Notes under the pieces: model-generated
Seen by the model: only the letters and a program-made list of their open reading frames with translations
What the model was told of the DNA's origin: nothing
Database searches by the model: none
NCBI GenBank assembly: GCA_963827165.1
Contig: CAWGZR010000005.1
Coordinates: 608,001-672,000, forward strand
Length of the DNA: 64,000 nucleotides
Source of the DNA: Candidatus Bathyarchaeota archaeon
GTDB taxonomy: Archaea; Thermoproteota; Bathyarchaeia; Bathyarchaeales; Bathycorpusculaceae
Direction of reading: 5' to 3'
Part shown: positions 9,144 to 19,846 of the stretch, piece after piece
How positions within the stretch are numbered: the stretch's first letter is position 1
How the letters are laid out: each line of letters opens with the position of its first letter
Position numbers and translations under genes: made by a program

Positions 9144-11273
9144 TCAACCGGGCCGTTTATTCCAGATGCCTCTGTTCTTAATGAGCCAGGCTTGAGAGTC
9201 GATGACTTCTTCTCCCTGTTTGGGCATCACTCTTTGGTAAGTTCCATCGGTTAGCAGTCTTCGTGCTTTGACGTTGTCGCAGAGGGAGATTTTGAGCATG
9301 TTTTCAAAGACAGCACACCGAATATTTGAGTCTGGAACTGGTAGTAGGACTTCGATTCTCTCGTTTAGGTTTCTGAACATCATATCTGAACTGCCGATTA
9401 AAACATCATCTTCGGCTTCCCCGCGGAAGTAATAGATACGTGCATGTTCGAGGAAGCGTCCAACAATGGATATCACCGAAATGTTCTCGCTTACTCCTTG
9501 AATTCCTGGCCTCAAGCAGCAAAGACCCCGCACGTTTAAGTCAACTTTAATTCCAGCTATCGACGCCCTGTACAGAGCTTGAATAATTTCTGTCTCTTCT
9601 AGATTGTTCAGTTTAAAAGCTAGGTATCCTTTTCCGGTTTTTTGGTGGAAACTGATTTCTTTTTCTATCCGCTTCAAAATTTCTTTCTTGAGAGTTTTTG
9701 GTGCTACAAGCAGATGTTGGAAATCTATTTCCTGGAGACCGTTTACGATAATGTTGAAAAGGTCGTTGAGTTCAGCGCCTATTTCTGGATTCGACGTTAA
9801 GTAACCGATGTCTGCATAGATTCTTGCGGTCACAGAGTTATAGTTGCCTGATCCAATGTGAGAGTACCTGACAATTTTGCCGTTTTCATTTTTGACGATC
9901 ATGCATAGTTTTGCATGGACTTTAAAATTGGGAAAATTATAAACTGTGTTTATTCCGCCTTGCCGCAGTTTTGAAACAAGGCGTATATTGTTTTCTTCGT
10001 CAAATTTAGCTTTGAGCTCTATTATCGCCGTCACTTTTTTGCCTTTTTCTGCCGCTTCTATCAAAGCGTCAACAATTGGTGAGTTGTGGTCCATTCTGTA
10101 CATTGTCATGCAGATTTCCAAAACAGTGCTATCGCCAGATGCTTCCTTTAGCAAATTAACAATTACGTCAAAGCTATCATACGGATGATACAAAACAAAG
10201 TCTTGTTTGTCTAGGCTTGCGAACGTATCCTTGTCGGGGCTTAAGAGGGGCGAGATGCTTGGAATGAAAGTTTTGTCTTTGAGGTCGGGGCGATTAATCT
10301 TTAGCATTTGCCAAAGATCCACAAGTCCAAGTGGCCCATCGAACTCATACGTTAGATAATCTGGCAAGCCCAAAGATGTTGCAATCCTTTCTTTAATGGT
10401 GGCAGGGACTTTCCTTTCAAATTCGAGCCTGCTTGGGAACCCCACTTTTCTTGTCGTTAGGCTCTTCTTAACGGAATAGAGGAAGTCTGCTGATTCATCC
10501 ATCAAGATTGCTATTTCGCCATTCCTCGTTAATCTAAACTGGTACGCGGCGACGTCTTTCTCGTTTGGGAAAATCAGGTCTAAATTATTTGCAATCAAAT
10601 CTTCAACAAAGACGTAGTTGTACTCGACTTCTTGGCTAATCACGCTTTTTGGGATTCTTATTAGCCTTCCGAACTCTTCAGTCGGGATATCGACTAAGCG
10701 CTCCGAATCTTTTTTGGCAAAACCCGATACATAAAGCGTTACATGAAGGTTTTCAATCGATGCATTATCGATGCCTTCCCTTGTTTTCACTAACGGAAGA
10801 ATAGAATTTTTAAAGAAATTTCGTAAATTTTCCTTATCTCTCAAATCTAATTCATTGAATTTCCAAATGAATATCTTCTGTTTTGCTAACCCCGGTAGAA
10901 TGTCATCTCTCCAGCAAACACCATGCTGCTCGATCAAAGGCAAAATTTCTTTTCTTGTCGCTTCAATCTGCTCGGCAGCTGTCATTCCATCCATCGATCT
11001 TTCTTCAGATCCAGCCTTGATCTTTTTCATGAGACGCGGGATCCGAGTCATGAAGAACTCGTCAAGGTTGCTTCCACAAATAGCCATGAATTTGACCCTT
11101 TCCAGCAAGGGGTGCCTTAGGTCTTGTGCTTCCTCAAGAACGCGCACATTAAACCTCACCCAACTGAGTTCTCTGTTAATAAAGTAGGCTGGGTTATCCA
11201 GAAGTTTTTTCTGGGTTGGAGCTGTTTTCGGGTCTGGATCAGCGTTTGAAGTTGATAAGGATTCTTTTGACAT
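9144..11273 (-). CDS. ppk1: polyphosphate kinase 1
   Basis: NRELSW, SNLDEFFM, HPYDSF, KAKFDEENNI, KVHAK, GRFLEHAR. Confidence 0.97.
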   Translation of the reverse strand: MSKESLSTSNADPDPKTAPTQKKLLDNPAYFINRELSWVRFNVRVLEEAQDLRHPLLERVKFMAICGSNLDEFFMTRIPRLMKKIKAGSEERSMDGMTAAEQIEATRKEILPLIEQHGVCWRDDILPGLAKQKIFIWKFNELDLRDKENLRNFFKNSILPLVKTREGIDNASIENLHVTLYVSGFAKKDSERLVDIPTEEFGRLIRIPKSVISQEVEYNYVFVEDLIANNLDLIFPNEKDVAAYQFRLTRNGEIAILMDESADFLYSVKKSLTTRKVGFPSRLEFERKVPATIKERIATSLGLPDYLTYEFDGPLGLVDLWQMLKINRPDLKDKTFIPSISPLLSPDKDTFASLDKQDFVLYHPYDSFDVIVNLLKEASGDSTVLEICMTMYRMDHNSPIVDALIEAAEKGKKVTAIIELKAKFDEENNIRLVSKLRQGGINTVYNFPNFKVHAKLCMIVKNENGKIVRYSHIGSGNYNSVTARIYADIGYLTSNPEIGAELNDLFNIIVNGLQEIDFQHLLVAPKTLKKEILKRIEKEISFHQKTGKGYLAFKLNNLEETEIIQALYRASIAGIKVDLNVRGLCCLRPGIQGVSENISVISIVGRFLEHARIYYFRGEAEDDVLIGSSDMMFRNLNERIEVLLPVPDSNIRCAVFENMLKISLCDNVKARRLLTDGTYQRVMPKQGEEVIDSQAWLIKNRGIWNKRPG

Positions 11274-11607
11274 GTTTCAACAGTTGCTTTTTCAATTATT
11301 TACTAGAACTATTGGAATTTGCACCTTATCAACTAATCTGAACAGGTTGTTTTTCTCCGGCGTTACAGTTTCCGTGTTCAGCGATCCAGCTTCCTATGCA
11401 GATCCTTAATTTCTGCGCATTTTGCTCGGCGAACTCTAAATGTTTCAAATTCGAAAAGAGGAATCTCTTTGTGCACCTGAACACTCTCCGTGCTCCTAAT
11501 AAAAGTGAAAAGTTGCGATTAAGGACTCCGAAAATAGACTATATATGAATATATAAAATATATAATGAGGGTTAAAATTTAATCCGCGTCGAATCTCTAA
11601 ATCTTTC

Positions 11608-12159
11608 CTAATTTTCGATCTTGCCTTGGTTTCTTGAATAGTGCTTAATTAATTCCGTGGTGGACCATGGCAGGCAGTCCTCTTCTCTAAACCCTAAAAT
11701 GGCCGCATACTTGTGGATTAGACCGACGTTTTCAGCTTCTATCTCCATAAACTCGGGGATATATGCATAGCTGCCGAAGTAGCGGTCGATGTCAAAACGT
11801 ACTTTATCAAGCCTGTAGCTGACTCGGTGCTTCTCCATGCATTCAAAAATTGATAAACCCAGATTTTCCAGAATTTTCCTCATAGTCTCCAGCTCTGAAA
11901 CTTCAACCGAGTACTCATCAGCCGTCTTAGCCGTTTGAGTAAAGCGAACTTTCTTGTACGTCAATTCAATCTTATCCTGTTCTTTTCTTAGGCGCAAGAC
12001 GTCTTTTGCTTTAATTATTGTGCCGTCTTTGAAGTCAAAAAACAATGTTTGAATGTTGCCATCAAAAATCTTGCTCGCGCCAAGTTCGATAATTTTGTGC
12101 TCGATTTTTTTTCGGTCGATTTCCAGAATTTTGGCTTCTATTTCTTTCATAAAACCCAA
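11608..12159 (-). CDS. CYTH / class IV adenylate cyclase-like triphosphate tunnel metalloenzyme
   Basis: EIEAK (ExExK), LRLR, LTYK, EKHR, FMEIE. Confidence 0.9.
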   Translation of the reverse strand: MGFMKEIEAKILEIDRKKIEHKIIELGASKIFDGNIQTLFFDFKDGTIIKAKDVLRLRKEQDKIELTYKKVRFTQTAKTADEYSVEVSELETMRKILENLGLSIFECMEKHRVSYRLDKVRFDIDRYFGSYAYIPEFMEIEAENVGLIHKYAAILGFREEDCLPWSTTELIKHYSRNQGKIEN

Positions 12160-12242
12160 ATGAGTTTAGGTGAGCTATAAACATGCTTGCCGCTTGAATG
12201 GACCGGTTTTTCGAACAAAACAGTTTAAGAAAAGGGTGTGGT

Positions 12243-12632
12243 TTAGGCGAATTGAATTGTTTTCACAATGACGTGGCTTGTTTTTTTTATGACTTGATGG
12301 TCCAGTCCGCAAATCGGGCAGAAGACTACTTCAAAGTTTGAAAAGTTCTCAGGATGAAGATCAAATTTGTTGTCGCAGCCTACACATTTCACTTTCAAGT
12401 TTTTCACCTCAATTCCTTCTCCACATGACGAAACGATTTCATCATGGAGATCCGAATTTCCCGGGTCAAGATCAAAAGGCTCAAGCAGCAACATCTGATT
12501 TTTCCGAACAGTCATCAATGAGATTCCGCAGATTGGGCAGGGCACGTACTGAAACTCGCCAACAAGGTCAAACTGGAATGTTTGCTTGCATTTGGGGCAC
12601 GTAAAAGTTACTGAACTATCGAGGCTTTGCAT
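12243..12632 (-). CDS. tandem zinc-ribbon protein
   Basis: Two CxxC...CPIC units. Confidence 0.65.
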   Translation of the reverse strand: MQSLDSSVTFTCPKCKQTFQFDLVGEFQYVPCPICGISLMTVRKNQMLLLEPFDLDPGNSDLHDEIVSSCGEGIEVKNLKVKCVGCDNKFDLHPENFSNFEVVFCPICGLDHQVIKKTSHVIVKTIQFA

Positions 12633-13271
12633 CTTTGGTTCCCAACCATTACTTGAGCCTTCGCCAAACTTAAGAAATATCTTAGTAGATTCCAGTAACT
12701 ATATAGAAGAAGACGCTTTAACCTCAAAATAAACAACGTGATTGCGACAGCTAATATAATTTCTGCAAATTGGAAATTAGTTTAGGCGCTTACTATTCTT
12801 TGGCTTTTATCGTGTCTTGCCGCATTTAAGGCATCTGTTTGTGCCATCCGGCTCAGCCTTAAACCATCTGCCACCGCATTCGCAAGGAGCTTCACGCATC
12901 GTACAGGTACTCATATTTCTCTTCTGATTTAGATTCAATTAAATAAAGTCTTATTGCATAGACTAACAACAAGATTATTGTCTATATAGGATTCTTTCCT
13001 GTAGCGGTTCTGTGAGAATGTAAATGTGAAAGCCCCTTTCAATTTGGTATTCTTCAATTATGATTAATAAAGGGGGGCACCCGTGTTAACGATGGGTTAA
13101 ACAGGCCTGGCGTTCAATTTTATGGTTGATGCTGAAGATTAATTTTGGATTGTTGAACGGAACATCTCTTGCTGTAGTTGGAGTAGTCACTTGAAGTCTT
13201 TAGAGTTTAGGAAACCATGACTCCATCCTGCCGGCAAAACTGGAAGTTTAACTAATAAATTACGCCGCTCG

Positions 13272-13548
13272 CACTAAATGGATTCAAAAAAACTAATTAT
13301 CCACTGTTTTCTATAGTGGCAACTATCAAATACCTCCGTCGACTCATTTGAGCCTAGGAGAAAATGGAGAAGGCTGATGAGGGGAGGTTCCATTACATTA
13401 ACTTTATTTTTGCTCACGGTAATGGCGCTTTTCCTTCATCGCAAAATCTGAATATTTTCTTGTATTTTTTGATATGACAAAAATATAATGTTGACTTCAA
13501 CGGAAGGACTAAAGTGGCAAAACAAAGACCTTGCTGATTTCTGGCTTC
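13272..13548 (+). repeat. diverged copy of the 28927-29205 promoter/leader/gene-start segment
   Basis: Shares 'ttttcta..gtggcaa.tatcaaata', 'ggagaa...ggagaag..gatgagggg' and 'aaacaaagaccttgctgatttctggcttc' with the start of the FN3 gene; no ORF continues here. Confidence 0.8.
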
Positions 13549-13802
13549 TAATCCCTTGAAGAATAATTTTCTTACTGGCATAAAGAAAGCATTGCAGCTT
13601 CCGATGATTTTCTTGTTTCTATTGTTTCAATATAGTTGGGTATATTCTACGTAGATAATACAATTTAACCTAAACGTGAAAGTTCTCGGTATCTTGTGAG
13701 TGAGTGTGCGATGAAGGAGAAATCATCATTGGTACATAAACTTCTAGGCATGCGCGTTTTTACGGCGGTTTTGAAAATAATTCTCATGGCGATATTCCTA
13801 CA

Positions 13803-15066
13803 ATGAGTAAGCGCAAATTTTTTTGTTTGTTTACGTTGTCGTTTTAGTTTGCTCGCCTTTTTTGGGCTTGTTTTTTCAAACTGTCAAAGCCGATAACACC
13901 AATTTAATGTCCGTAACTGATGGTAACTGGTATGACGATATGCATTGGGCCAATGCTCCGTGTCCACAATATGGCGAGGTAATTAGCTCAACTAATACTT
14001 ATGATGGTTATGACAGTTGGCAATGCACACTTTCCCCTAAGCGGCGGGGGTGTTGATTGGTATGGCGGAAAAGCTGCAACTATTGCACCAGGAGACACAA
14101 TTTACTATAGTTTCTGGATAAAGACTTCAGCGCCTACGATTACCGCAGACATTGATAATCCTCAAGCCGGCGGAAGAATTGGAATAGATATCTATGGTTC
14201 AGGTGGAGATATTTGTGATTTCCACTCCAGACGGAGTTGTTACATGTAGCAACTATTTCGTCGACAAGACTATGTCAGGTTTGGAACAAATACTTGGACA
14301 CAAGTTGTTATGTCATTTACTGTGCCTTCAACTTACCCTATGAAAATCACAGGTCTCTCAACAAGCTGATCAAATGGGCAACAAGCTACACCGACTTTCT
14401 GTATCCCATGGGTTCAAGTATACAGTTGCACACAAGGCACAAAGAGAAGGGGTAGCCTGGTTTGCAGACCCAGTGTTTATGATTAATTCTTCTGGCTCAT
14501 CCGTTTCTGTTTCCCAGCCTGCAACTTCTCCAACCTCAAATATTATAGCTTCAAACATTGCCCTAGAGCCCTCATACACTGCGAATGGGCGGTCTTTTGT
14601 GGAATCAGGTTTTGCTTTGCCTATCAACGTAACCGTACAGAACAAAGAGGGCTTTTCTGAAGTTGCCATCGTTGAGTTGTTTGCGAATTCGACTTCAATA
14701 TATAGGGGCGCATTTAGCTTGAACAGTTTAGCATCTGGGATTTTAGAATGTTCAGTTGATACTTCAAGCTTGCCTATTGGGAACTATGCGATTACTGCGT
14801 CGGTTATTCCTTCCAATGACCCAAGCGCGGCCCCGAGCACTGTAACAGCCGGAAATGTTGGGATAACATATGCTGGCGACTTGAACGGCGGTTTCCAAAT
14901 TAACTTCATGGACCTCATAACCTTCGCTGCCGATTATACGGCTTGTTGCGCGCATGGTACCTATAATCCAGCAATTGACTTCAACCACGATGGAACAATA
15001 AACTTCTATGACATAACGCTGTTTACAAGTTGCTACACTTACTATTATTCGCAACCTCAAGAATAG
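13803..15066 (+). pseudogene. secreted CBM-like + CARDB-like + dockerin-like protein, frameshifted (or assembly errors)
   Basis: ATG at 13803 and a T7 run shift into the signal peptide. Fragments 13823, 14001 and 14374 join. C-terminal GDLNGGFQINFMD...NPAIDFNHDGTINFYD. Confidence 0.75.
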
Positions 15067-15200
15067 CGTTGAGTAGCTCGACATCCGAAGCTTTCTTTTC
15101 CGTTTTCATTAATTAAAAACTTCAACAGCAGATGCGGGGAAAGTCCCATGACATGAATTCTGTTTCTTGTGATATTACTCGTGATTTTTCCTTATCTTTC

Positions 15201-15263
15201 ATCTAAATAGTTAGCGTTAACACCTTGTAGTGGACTGTTTTCTATGTCGAAAGATGTTTTATA
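15201..15263 (+). promoter_or_regulatory. bipartite palindromic element plus TATA
   Basis: atCTAAATAGtt at 15201, TTTCTATGTCGAAA at 15239, TTTTATA at 15257. Confidence 0.75.
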
Positions 15264-15302
15264 GTTCCTTTGCAGACGTGCGCATTAGGAGAAAGGCAAA
15301 AA

Positions 15303-16460
15303 ATGGAAAAAACAGGAAAGGTAATGGGAATTATAGTGGTAATGTTAATCGCGTTTTTTAGTGCGTCAGTCATTAATCTAGTCCATGCAGACACACAAAA
15401 CGTCGTAATCAACAACAGCATAATCGTAAACGACGGTTCAGGCGCAAATCTTCCGATGAACTTTGAAGTCGACGGAGTACAAACTGACGTTACATCGTTT
15501 AATTGGGTGGTTGGAAACACTTACATCATAACTCAGCTTGTAACAACATTTAATGATCAGTTCCAATTAGTCCCGAATGGCTTTAATTATGGAGAATATG
15601 GAGCTGACTTCTCAGCCGGCGACACTCTTTCATACACAGTTACCTCGGACCAATATCAGTCAATTTCGTTTACTCCAGACGTCATGGTAGGTGTCTATGT
15701 AGTTACTAACGGCGTAGGTTCAGTCAGTCCTTCTGGTTTTCAATGGGTGGACTTAGGTGCAAACGCTGACAATGGCAATCAAGTGCAAATTACTGCAACT
15801 CCAACAAGTCAAAATCAAGTCTTTGAAGGGTGGACAATAACGGATGTTAATGGAGCTGGAAACACTTTAGACGACTCGAGCGCGATCAGCACAGTTGCGA
15901 ACATATGGGATTACGCCACAATTACAGCCCAATTCAGTGAACAGATAATTCAATCGACTCCAGTGCAAATATCGAACGTACAGGTTCCAACTGTTGCCAC
16001 TCAAACGGACTTCACAATACCCGTAAGCGTAACAGTCACAAATCCAGACGCCGCGCCTGAAACAGCAAATATCCAAGTATCGATGGGTTCCACGTCAGTA
16101 TTTAGCACCACTGTTACCCTAAATGCTCAGCAAACAGAAACCGTGCCCTGCGACTTCAGCACAAACGGGTTAGCCATCGGGAGCTACACTTATACGGTTA
16201 CAGTAACCACTACGAGCATGACAGGAGCACCAACATCAACAACCACTGGACAAACCGGAATTACATACTTAGGCGACCTCACTGGGGCATTCACCGTAAA
16301 CTTCAACGATATCATTACCTTTGCCAGCGAATACATTGCCTTTAACACCAATGGAGTCTGTAACCCAGCGATTGACTACAACCACGACGGAACAATCAAC
16401 TTTTACGATATTGTCCAATTCGTAGCTATCTATCAAAACTACGCACAACTGAATACTTAA
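15303..16460 (+). CDS. secreted protein: beta-rich domains, InlB-B-like repeat, CARDB-like module, dockerin-like C-terminus
   Basis: Signal peptide from MEKTGK; YLGDLTGAFTVNFND...NPAIDYNHDGTINFYD. Confidence 0.85.
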   Translation: MEKTGKVMGIIVVMLIAFFSASVINLVHADTQNVVINNSIIVNDGSGANLPMNFEVDGVQTDVTSFNWVVGNTYIITQLVTTFNDQFQLVPNGFNYGEYGADFSAGDTLSYTVTSDQYQSISFTPDVMVGVYVVTNGVGSVSPSGFQWVDLGANADNGNQVQITATPTSQNQVFEGWTITDVNGAGNTLDDSSAISTVANIWDYATITAQFSEQIIQSTPVQISNVQVPTVATQTDFTIPVSVTVTNPDAAPETANIQVSMGSTSVFSTTVTLNAQQTETVPCDFSTNGLAIGSYTYTVTVTTTSMTGAPTSTTTGQTGITYLGDLTGAFTVNFNDIITFASEYIAFNTNGVCNPAIDYNHDGTINFYDIVQFVAIYQNYAQLNT

Positions 16461-16477
16461 TAGCTCAAATCTTGAGC

Positions 16478-16496
16478 TCTTTTTTCTTTTTTTTTC
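16478..16496 (+). terminator. oligo-T terminator
   Basis: Long T tract after 16460. Confidence 0.55.
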
Positions 16497-16833
16497 ACTC
16501 CAAAAAAGTTAAAACTTTGTAAGATCCAAAAATAAAATTGAAACCGAACTGTGAAATGAAGTTGGTTGAGCTCTCGATATTACGCATAAAGAAAGCAAGG
16601 GTTAAGCTCAAGGCAAAGTTTTAGTAGAGTTCAAATAAACAGAAGAGGGGCAACTTCTTAAAGTATGCAAAGAGTTGGAAAAATTTTCCGATATTATGAA
16701 TACTTAGAGAGATAAGAGAAAAATCATAATCTATAGAGACTATTTTTAAAAGGAAAAACCACACGATAGCTATGCACCATAGAAAAGAAGAAATGCTTGG
16801 AGAAAACACGAAACGAAAGACATCACTAAATCA

Positions 16834-18096
16834 ATGCTAACAGCAATGTCATCTCGGATAATTGTAATAATAGTTTTAGTATCATGCGCCATATTTTTTG
16901 CGCGCGTAAACAACTTGGACATGTTTGGTGTTTTAGATACACCAATAACTAAAGGAAAAGATGTATTTTCGGTATTCACTAGCTTATTTGTCAGGTGGGA
17001 TTCAGTATGGTACTTAAACATAGCTCAATCTGGTTATCCTCTTGGAATTGCAAAGCCTTTCGGTGGATTATTCCAATATTATACGCCAATAGCAGATCCT
17101 CAATGGGCGTTCTTTCCGTTATATCCAGCGGCAATGAGAGCTCTAGCAACATTAATAGTAGGGTTCAACAGCGTGAATACGCCATCCCTGATAGTTTCAG
17201 GTATAATAGTTAGTAACACCGCTTTTTTTGTAAGTATTTACTTTTTTTATAAATTGACCAACAAGCTTTTCAACTCCACCAAAACAGCTCTAATATCCAT
17301 AGCTTTTTACTCATTCTCGATAGCTACAGTTTTCTATTCAGCAGTCTACTCAGAAGCACTGTTTATGGCTTTAGCATTGGGTTCGTTCTATTACCTCGAA
17401 GAAAAAAGGTATTGTCCGGCAATAGTTTTAGGAGTGTTAGCGGCGTTCACAAGAAGTGACGGTTTTCTAGTGGCAGTACCCTTCTTTATCTATGGTCTGC
17501 AAATTAAAATACCTAAGATCTATGAGAAATGCAAATGTGGATGTGGAAAACTGTTTGAAATTCAACAAAGCTTCATCAAATTTCATCTGACAAACGTTAA
17601 ACTTTTGTTAGTGTCAGCAGTTGTAGCATCGCCATACTTAGTCTGGAATCTTGTAGGTTACTTTGTGGCAGGTGGAATATTTCCAATACAAGAGATTGCT
17701 AGGCGTGCCAATTGGGGCGCTTATCCGCCATTTATTAGTCAATTCTCGCTGTATCAAACATCCACATCATTCGACGAATTTCTTATAACGGCGTTAATTT
17801 TGATAGTTGCAATACCTACAATTTATTTCATGGTTAAAATAAGAAAAGTGTTCACTGCAGAATCAAACACTTTGAAATATTGGGCGCTTTATGCATCAAT
17901 AGCTTACATATTATTCACACAATCATTTGTTTTCAGTATAATACGCTATGCAATACCAATGTTGCCTATCTACTGGGTATCAGCTAAAATCTACACTAAA
18001 AATCGTGCAATTGGTTTGATACTTTTAGGACTAATGGTCTCTCTGTCTATAATAGGCACATATCTATTCGAAATTCAAAGTATTTACTTACTTTAG
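16834..18096 (+). CDS. GT-C mannosyltransferase, PIG-V/Mannosyl_trans2-like
   Basis: RWDSVWYLNIAQSGY, AFFPLYP, YSEALF, TRSDG; multiple TM helices. Confidence 0.85.
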   Translation: MLTAMSSRIIVIIVLVSCAIFFARVNNLDMFGVLDTPITKGKDVFSVFTSLFVRWDSVWYLNIAQSGYPLGIAKPFGGLFQYYTPIADPQWAFFPLYPAAMRALATLIVGFNSVNTPSLIVSGIIVSNTAFFVSIYFFYKLTNKLFNSTKTALISIAFYSFSIATVFYSAVYSEALFMALALGSFYYLEEKRYCPAIVLGVLAAFTRSDGFLVAVPFFIYGLQIKIPKIYEKCKCGCGKLFEIQQSFIKFHLTNVKLLLVSAVVASPYLVWNLVGYFVAGGIFPIQEIARRANWGAYPPFISQFSLYQTSTSFDEFLITALILIVAIPTIYFMVKIRKVFTAESNTLKYWALYASIAYILFTQSFVFSIIRYAIPMLPIYWVSAKIYTKNRAIGLILLGLMVSLSIIGTYLFEIQSIYLL

Positions 18097-18143
18097 CCAA
18101 AATGATAGGAGAACTATAAGAAACGAAAGACCTCAACAAATCA

Positions 18144-19427
18144 ATGCTAATTGCTTTAACATCAAGAGTATTAGTAATTTTAATCATGGTTTTCTGTGTA
18201 TCACATTTCACCATCGGTATGAACGAGTATGGTTTTGTTGGTACTTTTTATCGAGATGACGCATATTCTTACGTGTTGTTAGCTAAGAGTGGTTATCCAG
18301 TAGGGCAAAATATATCGACTGTGTCTCTTCAGTGGGCTTTCTTTCCATTGTTCCCAAAAGCAATAGAGGCTTTTGCTATACCGTTGTTGCCATTTTTTCC
18401 GTCGCCCAATACATCATTGACCGTATTATTGTGGGCAGGATTTTTTGTAGTGAACATATCATTTTTGGCAAGCGCTTATTTTCTCTTTAAACTTACAAAC
18501 AAAATTTTTAACTCATCAAAAATGGCGCTATTAACTGTCATGTTTTACTCGTTTTACGGTGCATCATCGTTTTTCTCATTAATAGAATCAGAAGCATTAT
18601 TCATGGCATTAACATTAGCAGCATTTTATTATCTTGAAGAAAACAAGCTTCTGCAAGCATCGGTTTTAGGTTTCTTAGCCTCACTTACACGAAGCGATGG
18701 ATTTTTAATCGCCATACCCTTCTTTATCTACGCATTCCAGACAAAAACAGTGCAGATAGTTAAACCTCAAAATTTCATTAGAAAACATTTTGAAAATTTC
18801 AAAGTATTTTTGGTTTCAGGTATAGTTGCATCCCCATATCTGTTATGGAATATTCTTGGTTATTTTATGTCTGATCACTTATTTCCAATAACGGCTATTG
18901 CATTGAATGATTGGGACAGACCAGCGGGATTGGTTTCTCAGTTAAAACATGTTTATTTCTGGTTTCCCGGTATCCATTTTAAAATATCTGATATCTCGTA
19001 CGTATGGTCAGCTCTTTGGTTTGAACCAAGTATCCATTTCGGGCTGTTTGATATAGTGTATATCGGAATAATGCTTTCTCCAATAATTTATTTTATCGTA
19101 ATAACAATTAGAACAGCACTGACAATAAGCTTCTTTAACACTGGAAATAAAACAATGAAGACGCTAGTTTCTGCCAACGTTAAACATGAATTTTTGAGCA
19201 CTGCGAAATATTGGGGTTACTATGCATCAATGCTTTACATAATATTTTATCAATCAGACCTTTGGAGTATATTTCGATACTCAATTCCTCTTCTTCCAAT
19301 CTACTGGCTTTCAGCTAAAATCTATGTTAAGAACCGTTACTTAGGTGGAATGATATTTATCCTCATGCTGTTGCTACTAGTTATCGGTTCGTATTTGTCA
19401 GCAACCAATGCTCTCGGCTATGATTAA
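18144..19427 (+). CDS. GT-C mannosyltransferase paralog, PIG-V-like
   Basis: RDDAYSY..A.SGYP, WAFFPLFP, SEALF, TRSDG; tandem paralog. Confidence 0.8.
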   Translation: MLIALTSRVLVILIMVFCVSHFTIGMNEYGFVGTFYRDDAYSYVLLAKSGYPVGQNISTVSLQWAFFPLFPKAIEAFAIPLLPFFPSPNTSLTVLLWAGFFVVNISFLASAYFLFKLTNKIFNSSKMALLTVMFYSFYGASSFFSLIESEALFMALTLAAFYYLEENKLLQASVLGFLASLTRSDGFLIAIPFFIYAFQTKTVQIVKPQNFIRKHFENFKVFLVSGIVASPYLLWNILGYFMSDHLFPITAIALNDWDRPAGLVSQLKHVYFWFPGIHFKISDISYVWSALWFEPSIHFGLFDIVYIGIMLSPIIYFIVITIRTALTISFFNTGNKTMKTLVSANVKHEFLSTAKYWGYYASMLYIIFYQSDLWSIFRYSIPLLPIYWLSAKIYVKNRYLGGMIFILMLLLLVIGSYLSATNALGYD

Positions 19428-19447
19428 ACAAATTAAAACAGAAGTTC

Positions 19448-19846
19448 TTATTGCTCCTTTTGCGATAAAGGCATAATTGTAACTTGTGTTGGTCTGTATT
19501 TTTGGCACTGACAATTTTGAAATTGGTGCCCTTTTTCGCAGCTTAGGTAAGTTTTGTCATGATAGCTTCTGGGATGCCCACATTTGCATTCTTGCGAATC
19601 AGTGAGCACAAGCATAGAGGGGTCGAATATTGTGTCGCAATTTTGGCATTTATCTCCCTTTTCGCCTGTTTTGGCGTCTATAACCATGTCGGTGATTATT
19701 GACCAGTATCCGCATAATGGGCAATAACCATTGGATTCTTTGCCAAGCTTGATTGCACGCATTAGATCATGAGATTCAGTTGGGTATTTGGTTTTTTCAA
19801 AGAAAACATCAACCGTCATCCCTTTTGTAATCAAATTCCACCGCAT
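19448..19846 (-). CDS. Cys/His-rich zinc-finger hypothetical protein
   Basis: CPLC, CQNC, CKCGH..H, CQC. Confidence 0.55.
   Translation of the reverse strand: MRWNLITKGMTVDVFFEKTKYPTESHDLMRAIKLGKESNGYCPLCGYWSIITDMVIDAKTGEKGDKCQNCDTIFDPSMLVLTDSQECKCGHPRSYHDKTYLSCEKGHQFQNCQCQKYRPTQVTIMPLSQKEQ

Noticed and set aside
11328-11484. ~51-codon minus-strand ORF upstream of ppk1
   Set aside because: No recognisable motif or other support.
13818-13824. Homopolymer phase variation at the T7 run (and similar short runs)
   Set aside because: The runs are short and most other breaks are not in homopolymers; this cannot be separated from sequencing error.
16793-18143. Conserved ~45-nt leaders before both mannosyltransferases as a regulatory RNA
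   Set aside because: Better explained as formerly coding sequence (ETKDxxKSM) retained from the tandem duplication.
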